Origin: Spirochaetia bacterium
GTDB lineage: Bacteria > Spirochaetota > Spirochaetia > UBA9216
Direction: 5' to 3'
Length of the DNA stretch: 64,000 bases
Assembly: GCA_965140585.1 (NCBI GenBank)
Contig: OZ223270.1
Coordinates: 320,001 to 384,000 of the forward strand
In this document: positions 10,134 to 19,093 of the stretch, in pieces
Numbering within the stretch: position 1 is the stretch's first letter
How the letters are laid out: each line of letters opens with the position of its first letter
Translations under genes and position numbers: made by a program
Notes under the pieces: model-generated
Databases searched by the model: none
Seen by the model: the letters and a program-made list of their open reading frames with translations, nothing else
What the model was told of the DNA's origin: nothing

Positions 10134-10322
10134 AAAAAGATTATTCTTACAAAAAAAATCAATTTTTTAAATCACTTATATACAAGAAATTAAACTTACG
10201 ATTTTTCTGGTATTAATATATATACCACAAAATGAAGATAACTGTATGTTTTTTAATACAGCTCTTCTTAAATTTGTATTATATTGCATCTTTACTTTCC
10301 AGCTGATAATATATCCCCGTCT

Positions 10323-12239
10323 ATGAATAACAGAATTAATAAAGCATATTTTCTTATACCGATATTTTATTCTTTGATTATTGTATCACTGCTCTATCTT
10401 CAGTTTTCAGGCTCAAGGTCTTTTTCTGCAGAGATTGAGGGGATAAGCATAAAAGGTAGAACTACAGCAGGAGGCCCGGGGAAAGAAAGGGCTTTAAAGA
10501 ATCTGCATGTATACTGCGGGGGTATAGACTTCTCCTTTGACGAAGAAAACCCCGTAATAATTTATACTCAGGACGGGCTGAACCACCTTGCGCATCCGGT
10601 TGACTACAGGGTAACCGCAACAGGTATTGATGTCCTTCTCGCCAAGAAAACCTCTGTATCCTTTTATATTCAGCAGAACAACAAGCAGCAGATAAATATT
10701 GAAGTTAATTCTGAAGATCCTCTTTCTGTGAGGTACATTTCACTTCCCTTTTCAAGCGAAGGCTATACCGTTAGTGCAAGAGACGGTGTACCAGTAATTA
10801 CCCTGGAAAACGAGGAAGGTTCATCCAGATACTTTATTACCATGCCTGAAAACTGCGAATTCGATGCTGAAAATACTAAACTCAATATTTATCCTTCGGA
10901 TGCAACTTTCGGCTTACTGGCTGTAGAAAAAGCTCCAGAAAATATTCTTGATGCCTTTGCGTTCTGGTTTAACGGAAATTCGGAGCTGACTACCGAAGAA
11001 GATCTGCAAAAAGAAATAAAGAATTACCTTGATAAATCAGTTTCCGCCATGAGAAATTCCAGATACAATTCAAGCGGCGGAACATGGGAATCGAAAACCG
11101 GACTTGATGTTTTTTCTGAAACAGCTTTAATGGCCAGCATGTCAGAAGCAGTAAATACTTCAAACTATATCAGAACCAGGGAAACGCTTGAGAACTCAGC
11201 AGCAAGAAACAGCGAGGACCTTACTATACTGAGTGCACCTTTATTCGGAAATATTGTAAACGCCGGATGGAGCTATGATAAAAAAATCTCGGATCTTGTG
11301 AACACGCTTGAAAGAAAATCCGGGCTCTCTGATTACTCAATCTTTACCCAGCCTGAACTTATCAATGTCATAATGACAGAGAGTTCGGATAAGCTGCTCA
11401 CAAACATCCGGAAAATGTCTGAAGATCTTGCCGGGCACAGCATTGATGTATCAACTGCTGTTTCAATCCTGGATTTTTACAACAGGCTTAAAATGGAAGC
11501 ACCCTCAAAAGCCGTCGGGCTACAAGGTTTTGAAACTCTGCTCAGTGAGGTTATTCTTCCTTCTGTGGCAATGGCCGGAAAAGGGCTCTTCATCATGACT
11601 GATGAGTCGAGTTCCGATGTCTCTGTATCACTTACTGCGGGACTCAACATGATTCACAACGAGAGCGCCGAAGAGGCTGAAAACGTTCGTACTCTAGGAC
11701 GTGAGCTTGTAAAATCGGTACTGGATCTTTCAGACAGCAGAGGCTTTCTGCCGGAGAGGGTTATTAAAGATGAAAACGATGAGGCTTTAACCGACGGAGT
11801 AATAAACCCGGAAGACGTTTACCCATTACTGAGTACAAACACCTACTATCCAAAGGAAGACTTCTTTCTTAGCGAACTTGGCGAGCCGGTCAGCGTTTAT
11901 AATGCGGCTGATAATTTTGAGATTGAAAAGACTGAAACCGGTTACAAAATAAGTATGGATTATCCCGCAGGAGCGATTCACTCCTTTGTAATTAGAAACT
12001 TCAAACCGTTTTATTCGATGAATCTTCTAGGCTATCAATGGAACGCCGACCACCGCTTTATGACCTACTTCAGCGGATGGTGGTACGATAGATCTAACCA
12101 GTGTCTGTATGTAAAAATACGTCACCGGTTCACAACAGAAGAGATCCTGATCGAAACAAACCGTCCGGCAACACAGCCCGCCCCGGCAGCTGAAACAACA
12201 ACTGAAACAGCAGCACCTGCAGCGGAAACCGTACAATAA
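10323..12239 (+). CDS. Membrane-anchored hypothetical protein (single N-terminal TM helix, Ala/Thr/Pro/Glu-rich tail)
   Basis: Long ORF; TM YFLIPIFYSLIIVSLLYLQF; ATG 10323 preferred over TTG 10284, which lies within a likely promoter (TTGCAT-17-TAATAT). Confidence 0.75.
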   Translation: MNNRINKAYFLIPIFYSLIIVSLLYLQFSGSRSFSAEIEGISIKGRTTAGGPGKERALKNLHVYCGGIDFSFDEENPVIIYTQDGLNHLAHPVDYRVTATGIDVLLAKKTSVSFYIQQNNKQQINIEVNSEDPLSVRYISLPFSSEGYTVSARDGVPVITLENEEGSSRYFITMPENCEFDAENTKLNIYPSDATFGLLAVEKAPENILDAFAFWFNGNSELTTEEDLQKEIKNYLDKSVSAMRNSRYNSSGGTWESKTGLDVFSETALMASMSEAVNTSNYIRTRETLENSAARNSEDLTILSAPLFGNIVNAGWSYDKKISDLVNTLERKSGLSDYSIFTQPELINVIMTESSDKLLTNIRKMSEDLAGHSIDVSTAVSILDFYNRLKMEAPSKAVGLQGFETLLSEVILPSVAMAGKGLFIMTDESSSDVSVSLTAGLNMIHNESAEEAENVRTLGRELVKSVLDLSDSRGFLPERVIKDENDEALTDGVINPEDVYPLLSTNTYYPKEDFFLSELGEPVSVYNAADNFEIEKTETGYKISMDYPAGAIHSFVIRNFKPFYSMNLLGYQWNADHRFMTYFSGWWYDRSNQCLYVKIRHRFTTEEILIETNRPATQPAPAAETTTETAAPAAETVQ

Positions 12240-12245
12240 AGAAAA

Positions 12246-12271
12246 ACCCCTCAGCGAACCCGCCGAGGGGT
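12246..12271 (-). terminator. Terminator between convergent genes
   Basis: On the minus strand ACCCCTCGGCG-GGTT-CGCTGAGGGGT followed by TTTT. Confidence 0.7.
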
Positions 12272-12297
12272 GATTAATCAAATTTATTTATTAATAT

Positions 12298-14454
12298 TTA
12301 CTCAGTAATGTGGAAAGTGATGCTCATGCTAAGGCTGTCAATGAAATTATTAAGATTTAAGCCATCATAAGTTATTAAAGTACCATCTGCTGTTGCATCA
12401 CCATCTGGATCATTAGTTCCATCCCCAAAAATATCAAAATTTAATGCAGTCATTATGGACTGACCAAAGAAATCCAGGGTAACAAAGCCAGTGGGTTGCC
12501 ATCTTACCATGAAGTTCATCAGACCTCCCCAGTCTGTATTGGTATAATCCACCGTTGTTGATCCTGTTGTAGAAGAACTGACAGAAGTGCTTGCAGCAGG
12601 AGAAACATTTGTACCATCTGTTGTAGTACTTGTAATGACACTGGTTATTGTTGAATCAGCTGTAGTAACAACTTTTTTACTTACCGAACTAAACAGGTTA
12701 TACCCGCCGACAATAGTAAGTTTGTTATCAAAAAGATTGACCGCGGCAGAAACAGGAATGATAAAGTTATGTGTAAATTCGTTATCTGTGGATTTTCCAG
12801 TGTAGGAAGTTGTGGTAACTTCAGTAACAGTTCCCTGTACATTACCTGCACCAAGTCCGACATCTGTAACACCGGAAGCATTTGTAGCCTGTGCAAGTGT
12901 TGATGTTGCATCTGTAGCAGTAGCGGTCTCAGTAGTAACTTCATTCAGATTAGAGGTACTACCGAATGTGAAATCAGGAGCATAAAAGGCTCCGGCAGAA
13001 ACAACTAGAGTATTATCCTTAGTTTTAGCTTCAAGGACTCCTCCGACTTCAAAATTCATAAGGAAGGAACTGCTTACATTAGGATTTGTAGTGGTATAGC
13101 TATATGAATATGTTGAGTTTGTAGCCGCACTGTCAGCTCTTGAATAGCTGATAGTTTTTGTTCCTGAAGTAGTATCGGTATTAGAGTAATAACCAAAACC
13201 CATTTGAAATCTGGTCTTTGCACTTAAAATATCTGAAAGTTCAAATTTCGGATCTATTCTACCTTTTACAAGTCCTGTGAAAAATCCGTCATCAATTGCT
13301 GCCATATTTTGTGCTTCATTTCCAACAGCATCCCTAATAGCTGTAACATCAGCCCATTCTGCGCTTGCGGTAACCGGGGTTCCAGCAGCTATATGCTCAG
13401 CAGCTATAGTGTCATAATCCAGATTTGCAACACCAATAAGGTATGTAAGAGTTGAAGTATCATCTGCAGTTCCACCTGCACCATCGGTATCAACGTATGA
13501 ATCAACAACAGTTACATTTTGCGGGATGCCCCAAGAGGTACTGCCGTCACAGCCTGCATTGACCTGGACTGAAGCAGTCACCGGCATTGAGTAATCAGCA
13601 ATCGTAAGCGGAAACTCTCCATTTAATGCAAGTGTCCAGTTATTATTAAGCAGCCCGGCTCCAGCAGAACCGTCTTCCTTATAACCATAGATGATATTTT
13701 TTGATACTGTCTGTTCGGCGGCAGTTGGATTGAAATCCAGCGTATCTGTACCCGGGGTGATTGTGTATGAATATGTTCCGCCTGTGTATTCAGTATAATC
13801 GTTTATATTGAAGTATGCAGAGACTCCCATAAACCCTAGGTCCACTCCGGAACCGATTGAGAAACTATTACCTGTAGCATAATCAGTATATGTATAAGCA
13901 GAGGTTGCAGTATATCCGCTTACACCGTCAACGTTAGTATCATCATTTACATAGGTTGTTGATTCTGAATATTCTGAGTTGAGCTCTCCACCGTTGGTTG
14001 GATAATCATCAAGAAGCTCAGTATAAAACTCTTCAAATCCTAATACAATTCCAGACTGGAAACCCATAACAGGCATAAGGTAGCCAAGAGAAAAAGCCAC
14101 ATCACCAGATGAAGTATCTCCGTTTCCAAAGACTCCGGTAAGAAGGTTTGTCGTAAATGGATTCACAGATTGAACAGGCACAGTGACAGGGGCGCCAAGA
14201 GGGACGAAATTAAATGATTGATAATTACCATAGGCTGTATAAACTGATACCCCCTCAAAATCTGAAAGTTCAGCCGGTGAGGTAAGCAGAACATCTATTG
14301 CATCATAGAGCATTCCGTTCGAAACAACACTTATCATTGATCTTGGAATCAGATAGGTGCTTGAGTCATAGGGGTTTGTCCAGGTTGTTTCCTGCGCGCT
14401 TGCGAAGGAAACCGCGAGAACCAGTAGAAGGCAAATCACGAGTAGTTTTTTCAT
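12298..14454 (-). CDS. Secreted acidic Thr/Ser/Gly-rich surface or outer membrane protein
   Basis: Signal peptide MKKLLVICLLLVLAVSFASA; beta-strand-rich sequence; C-terminal SLSMSITFH; AGGAG RBS and TGnTATAAT upstream. Confidence 0.7.
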   Translation of the reverse strand: MKKLLVICLLLVLAVSFASAQETTWTNPYDSSTYLIPRSMISVVSNGMLYDAIDVLLTSPAELSDFEGVSVYTAYGNYQSFNFVPLGAPVTVPVQSVNPFTTNLLTGVFGNGDTSSGDVAFSLGYLMPVMGFQSGIVLGFEEFYTELLDDYPTNGGELNSEYSESTTYVNDDTNVDGVSGYTATSAYTYTDYATGNSFSIGSGVDLGFMGVSAYFNINDYTEYTGGTYSYTITPGTDTLDFNPTAAEQTVSKNIIYGYKEDGSAGAGLLNNNWTLALNGEFPLTIADYSMPVTASVQVNAGCDGSTSWGIPQNVTVVDSYVDTDGAGGTADDTSTLTYLIGVANLDYDTIAAEHIAAGTPVTASAEWADVTAIRDAVGNEAQNMAAIDDGFFTGLVKGRIDPKFELSDILSAKTRFQMGFGYYSNTDTTSGTKTISYSRADSAATNSTYSYSYTTTNPNVSSSFLMNFEVGGVLEAKTKDNTLVVSAGAFYAPDFTFGSTSNLNEVTTETATATDATSTLAQATNASGVTDVGLGAGNVQGTVTEVTTTSYTGKSTDNEFTHNFIIPVSAAVNLFDNKLTIVGGYNLFSSVSKKVVTTADSTITSVITSTTTDGTNVSPAASTSVSSSTTGSTTVDYTNTDWGGLMNFMVRWQPTGFVTLDFFGQSIMTALNFDIFGDGTNDPDGDATADGTLITYDGLNLNNFIDSLSMSITFHITE

Positions 14455-14502
14455 AGTTTTTCTCCTAACTTATTTTTCTATAATTATATCACGTAATATA
14501 AT

Positions 14503-15126
14503 TTACATTTCGAATATTACTGTAAATCTCATCCGCACAGCGACCGGGGAGCTGCCGGAAATTGCCGGACTGAAATCAGATTCTCTTATCATTCTCTCAG
14601 CTGCTTCATCAAAGCCGAAACCTGCAGACTTCAGTATCCGTATTTCGTGCACGGTTCCTGCTTCATCAATATCCGCTTCAAGGATGACTGTACCCTCTAT
14701 CCGTTCACGTTCGGCCTGAAGCGGATACTCGAGCTCAGCCCTGTATAAAAACTCCGGGCGGGTATCCACGCGATAAAACGGAAGATATTCTCTTGCAGGC
14801 ACCCCGCCTTCAGCGACCGCAGGTTCAGTTTTCTGAAGCGGCGCCTCTACCGGTTCGGGCTCTTCAGGAACAGGTTCCTCAACAGCGGTTACTGCCTCGT
14901 TTACTGTTTCCCTGATTTCCGGTTCAGGCTCTATAAACGACTCCGGCCTGGGCTGTTCCGGAATCACCGGTTGTTCAATCAGAACGACATCTACCATCTC
15001 TATGAATTCCGCTTTTTTCTTTATTGTTTCATCTGCAGAGATATGAAAAGTCCGCGACAGCAGCAGGACATGAATCAGGATTGAAACGGCAACTGCCGCA
15101 GCCCAGGCAAAACGTTTAAGTTTCAT
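14503..15126 (-). CDS. tonB: Energy transducer TonB
   Basis: TM with SxxxH-like SILIH, Pro/Glu-rich linker, YPLQAERERIEGTV TonB C-terminal domain, GFGFDEAA. Confidence 0.9.
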   Translation of the reverse strand: MKLKRFAWAAAVAVSILIHVLLLSRTFHISADETIKKKAEFIEMVDVVLIEQPVIPEQPRPESFIEPEPEIRETVNEAVTAVEEPVPEEPEPVEAPLQKTEPAVAEGGVPAREYLPFYRVDTRPEFLYRAELEYPLQAERERIEGTVILEADIDEAGTVHEIRILKSAGFGFDEAAERMIRESDFSPAISGSSPVAVRMRFTVIFEM

Positions 15127-15518
15127 TCATTCACCGTTTCATCATCCATGATCAGAACTATATCGGTAAGACCTGCGGACTGCAGGAGATCAAGTGTTTT
15201 ATCTATATTACTGTAATAAGTGTTTTTATCGGCAACAAGGTTGATTACCGTCCCTTGCGGCACCTGATTCAGAGCCGCTGAAAAACTATCCGCAGACATA
15301 TATTCACCGCTTATTCCGGTGAGTCCTCCGGAAGATATATTAACCGTCAAGGTTGCCGGAAACTCGGTCTGCTGCATAAAGCGGAACTGCGGCAGCTGAA
15401 TCTCACCATACTCATCAACGCTGGCTGTTAGTATCAGAAAAATGAGCAGAAGAAATGCAATATCCGGCATAGCAAACATCGTTATTGAGGATTTTCTCTG
15501 TCTGATGCGTATTTTCAT
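15123..15518 (-). CDS. exbD: Biopolymer transporter ExbD
   Basis: MPDIAFLLLIF TM with conserved Asp; ADK motif; 4-nt overlaps with both neighbours. Confidence 0.85.
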   Translation of the reverse strand: MKIRIRQRKSSITMFAMPDIAFLLLIFLILTASVDEYGEIQLPQFRFMQQTEFPATLTVNISSGGLTGISGEYMSADSFSAALNQVPQGTVINLVADKNTYYSNIDKTLDLLQSAGLTDIVLIMDDETVNE

Positions 15519-15958
15519 TCAGCAGCCTCCCCTACCTTTAAACCTATCGGCTCGCCTTCAAGGTAACGGATTGTAAACTTTGAAATTCCTGATTCTTTAG
15601 TTATTTCCATTATACTGATAATGCTCTGATATCTCACATCAGCGTCTACATTCAGTATCATTACCGGGTCCAGAATCGAAACTGCGGCCTGCTCAATCAG
15701 CACAGAGAGCGCAGGTTTTCCGGAGGCAGGCTGAGTGTTTACCATAAAATCATCCTCTGAGAGAACATCGACAATAACAACTTCGTCGGCAGTAATGGTT
15801 CTGGGACTTGAATCTTTCTCGGGGAGCTTCAGAACAATACCTGATGTGGACATAAAGACTGCTGAAACAAGAAAAAAGATTATCAGGAGAAATGAGATGT
15901 CAGTCATGGCTCCGGTAAAATCACTAACTTTCCCGGACTTTCTGGTATTTAACTTCAT
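15515..15958 (-). CDS. exbD: Biopolymer transporter ExbD (second copy)
   Basis: MTDISFLLIIFFLV TM with conserved Asp; LKLP motif. Confidence 0.85.
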   Translation of the reverse strand: MKLNTRKSGKVSDFTGAMTDISFLLIIFFLVSAVFMSTSGIVLKLPEKDSSPRTITADEVVIVDVLSEDDFMVNTQPASGKPALSVLIEQAAVSILDPVMILNVDADVRYQSIISIMEITKESGISKFTIRYLEGEPIGLKVGEAAE

Positions 15959-15962
15959 AGTG

Positions 15963-16529
15963 TCAAACGTTTCTGTTTCTGGCTATCCTGGTCACAAGCT
16001 CCTCTACACTGTGAGCCGAAGCCGTAAGAACAAAACGAAAGAGATGCTCGGAAGCGAGGCAGATAACAGCAATTATAAGTCCGAAGCCTGTTGTAATAAG
16101 TGCCTCGGAGATTCCGCCGGCGACAAGATTAACCGACACCTTGTTGGCGTCGGCAATAGTCTGAAAGGAGGCGATCATTCCAGACACTGTTCCGATAAAG
16201 CCGAGAAGCGGCGCTACTGCGCTGATAGCAGAAAGATACTCCAGCCTCCGGAACATCCGATCATAGACAAGCTGTACTTCCTGGCCGATGTACTTCTCAA
16301 AATCATCTGCACTCTGAGAGAAAAGATCAGTTTGCTCAAATCCCGGAAGCAGGCGGCCCTGTGCACCGGAGCTTTTTAAAAATATCTGAAACTGCGAGAT
16401 ACTCTTATTAAAGAAGAACATCTGTATAAGGCATTCAATGATCAGAGCAACTCCGGCTGCTGATAAAACCAGAAGCGGCCACATAAAGATACCGCCGGAA
16501 AAAAATAAGGCTGAAATTGTAGTATTCAT
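15963..16529 (-). CDS. exbB: MotA/TolQ/ExbB proton channel protein
   Basis: GGIFMWPL, APLLGFIGTVSGMI and GISEALITTGFGL motifs; start at ATG 16529 with AGGAG RBS. Confidence 0.9.
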   Translation of the reverse strand: MNTTISALFFSGGIFMWPLLVLSAAGVALIIECLIQMFFFNKSISQFQIFLKSSGAQGRLLPGFEQTDLFSQSADDFEKYIGQEVQLVYDRMFRRLEYLSAISAVAPLLGFIGTVSGMIASFQTIADANKVSVNLVAGGISEALITTGFGLIIAVICLASEHLFRFVLTASAHSVEELVTRIARNRNV

Positions 16530-16549
16530 ATATTCTCCTGAAAATATTT

Positions 16550-18994
16550 TTAAAATGAAATGCTGAAGCCTAATTCGCACATAATAAGAGTTACCAGAAG
16601 ATCAGTCCATGTGTAATCATAGGTATAGTTTCTTGATGAAAAATTTGCAGTGGTCGCACCAGGCGTTTCCTGAAGAGTCTCCTTCAAACCAAAACCCGAA
16701 AAATTCAGCCCGTCAATCAGGTTTCCGGTTTTGAAAAAGAAACTTAAGCTTTCATCCCCGTAAGACAAATTGGCATTCAGTTCATAGGTTGGAAGATAAT
16801 TATAAACTGAATTGTAATCACCGGAGGTTTCTATAATTCCGAACAGGCTATCTTTGATTACAACAGGGGTAAACGGCTGTCCGCTGTACACAAAGAGATT
16901 CATTCCCAGCCGGAACTTACCTTTTTTATAAACCATCCCGCCTTTCAGGGCATTCTGCACTTCTGTATTCGGCGGAATCCACCCGTAATCGTCGGTCAGA
17001 TATCTGGTCCAGGCGAAGGCATATGTGAGTGATAAATCAAAATTGCTGTTCAGTTTGCTCTTCCAGCTTAAATCAATACCTGTTGAATATCCTCGATCAG
17101 GCTCAAGGGCAATAAGAGTATTATCCACATCAGAATAGGAAGTATTCATGTTTGCCCCAGTCAGATCATAATACCAGGCAAAATAAGGTGTGGCCTTAAG
17201 AAGGGTGTTATCGTTGAGTTCATACACAGACTGAAAAGAGCCGGAAACAGCCATCGGCGGCTGTTCAAAATCGGTTATAGTCTCAGCTTCATAATAGATT
17301 TCATCTATGCGGCGTTCGATTAGTGAAAACTCATCGATTATTCCAGGCGACCAGCCGGCTGTCATGGCAAGCGAAAGTTTATCGGCTGAATAAACAAGCT
17401 CTCCGTCAACAGCAGGCCTGAAGGCATTTGATTCAGGATACCAGAGAACGCCTGCACCTGTGTGATAGTTAAAAAGCTCTGAAGTGCCGAATATTTTACC
17501 ATAGCCATAAGATGTAAATAGTAAATCATCAAACTTCGGATGATTTTCGAAATAAGCAATAACTGTTCCTGCTTCATCTGAAATATTCTGACTATCATTG
17601 TAGGCTGCAATCAACTTTGAAAGCCTGGTGTTAACTCCGGCGATAAAGAAATGGTTTTGCCCGAAATTTATCTGAAACTCTTCACCGGCCTGGAAAGACT
17701 GTGACTGGTATAAATAATTTGCGGCATAATCCAGCTCAGAGAGGCTTTCATCATCTTCCAGATGATATGAGATATCGGCAGTATCCTGATAAAGGGAGCC
17801 GAAGGCATAGACCGTATTTCCCATATCGGGATTCAATGACCATACCCATTTGGATCCTGCGGAAACAAAGAAGGGAAGATAGGAAGTATGCATTTCTGAA
17901 CCGGCATATTCGAGATCCCATTTAAAGGAATCGTAAAACCCCAAAAGATCAACCGATACCTTATGATTCGGAGGCGTATACCTGAGACTTATCAGGGCAT
18001 CACCGTAAGATAGATCAGTAGGCATGTCATCTTCATTCATGTCCTCATCACCTTCAATGGTCATAACCGTACTCAACAGAGGCAGCGTTGTATAATTAAG
18101 AATTGACTGAGTCAGTGAAACCAGAAGACTGAGTTCCGGAGTAAAACTCCCGATGATTAATCCTGAAACTTCCGATGTTGACGGGGTAACTGTAAAAACC
18201 CACCCTTCATCGGGTTCTACAGGATTAAGCACAAAAGTTCCCCCGATTGCCGGACCGTATTCAACCGGACTTGCGCCCTTGTAGATACCAACCGAATCTA
18301 CGGCTTCACGGGGAATGACAGTTTCGGCCACAGGACTTCCGTAGGCATGTTTGTTTGAAGGAAGGCGGATATAGTCATAATAATAATTGTTCCAGTCACT
18401 TTCACCGCCGTAAACTGAAACGCCCCTGTTGTCTGAAGTTTTCAGCCTGCGCTCAGGCATAGCAGCACTCTCAACCGTATCTTCAGAATAATAATCTGTA
18501 GATACGGCATCTGAGACCAGCGCCGAAAGAATGTTAAGCTCACCGAGGACTCCATCCTCCAGGGCTGCGGCATCAAAGGGATCAGCTCCGACAGGAAGCC
18601 GCTCAAGCTCTTCCGCCGTAACACCGTCGTTGATTTCAGCTGCAGCCTTCTTCGGTTCAGCCTTTACTGTTATTGTATCCATCTCGACGACTTCCGGTTC
18701 AATCTGCAGAGTCAGCGGTTGGTTGGTGAGCTCCAGACCGGGGAATTCTTTCTCAATAAATCCTGGAACAGAAACCAGGATGGTAAAAGTACCGTCCGGG
18801 ATAAGATACAGAATAAAGCTGCCGTCTGCTTCGGTAATCGCTATGTCGTCGGTTTCAAGAAGAACTACGGTAGCATCCGCAACAGGCTTCCCGGTATCAG
18901 AAATAATTACACCGTTAAGTTCCTGCGAAAAACCCGCAGAGACCAATACCATACTGATAGTAATGATACTTAATAATAATTTTACATTTTTCAT
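16550..18994 (-). CDS. TonB-dependent outer membrane receptor with N-terminal carboxypeptidase-regulatory-like domain
   Basis: Signal peptide; G..G.PV.DATV...T..DGSF domain; plug motif YKGASPVEYG..IGG; terminal Phe; first gene of the exbB-exbD-exbD-tonB operon. Confidence 0.8.
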   Translation of the reverse strand: MKNVKLLLSIITISMVLVSAGFSQELNGVIISDTGKPVADATVVLLETDDIAITEADGSFILYLIPDGTFTILVSVPGFIEKEFPGLELTNQPLTLQIEPEVVEMDTITVKAEPKKAAAEINDGVTAEELERLPVGADPFDAAALEDGVLGELNILSALVSDAVSTDYYSEDTVESAAMPERRLKTSDNRGVSVYGGESDWNNYYYDYIRLPSNKHAYGSPVAETVIPREAVDSVGIYKGASPVEYGPAIGGTFVLNPVEPDEGWVFTVTPSTSEVSGLIIGSFTPELSLLVSLTQSILNYTTLPLLSTVMTIEGDEDMNEDDMPTDLSYGDALISLRYTPPNHKVSVDLLGFYDSFKWDLEYAGSEMHTSYLPFFVSAGSKWVWSLNPDMGNTVYAFGSLYQDTADISYHLEDDESLSELDYAANYLYQSQSFQAGEEFQINFGQNHFFIAGVNTRLSKLIAAYNDSQNISDEAGTVIAYFENHPKFDDLLFTSYGYGKIFGTSELFNYHTGAGVLWYPESNAFRPAVDGELVYSADKLSLAMTAGWSPGIIDEFSLIERRIDEIYYEAETITDFEQPPMAVSGSFQSVYELNDNTLLKATPYFAWYYDLTGANMNTSYSDVDNTLIALEPDRGYSTGIDLSWKSKLNSNFDLSLTYAFAWTRYLTDDYGWIPPNTEVQNALKGGMVYKKGKFRLGMNLFVYSGQPFTPVVIKDSLFGIIETSGDYNSVYNYLPTYELNANLSYGDESLSFFFKTGNLIDGLNFSGFGLKETLQETPGATTANFSSRNYTYDYTWTDLLVTLIMCELGFSISF

Positions 18995-19000
18995 TCTAGT

Positions 19001-19029
19001 ATTATATCTGCAGCCAGCAGCTGTATCAA
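19001..19029 (-). promoter_or_regulatory. Sigma70 promoter placing the transcription start at the receptor ATG (leaderless)
   Basis: TTGATA-17 nt-TATAAT-6 nt-ATG(18994); no Shine-Dalgarno. Confidence 0.7.
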
Positions 19030-19033
19030 TAAA

Positions 19034-19074
19034 AAAGCCTCCGGAGATACTTAAAACGTTTCTCCGGAGGCTTT
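19034..19074 (-). terminator. Rho-independent terminator after tkt
   Basis: AAAGCCTCCGGAGA...TCTCCGGAGGCTTT stem, ending in a T-run on the minus strand. Confidence 0.8.
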
Positions 19075-19093
19075 CTATAAGCTGTTAAGCTTC

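Noticed and set aside
12160-12236. Repeat-like PAPAAETT tail
   Set aside because: Ordinary low-complexity protein tail, not a DNA repeat array.
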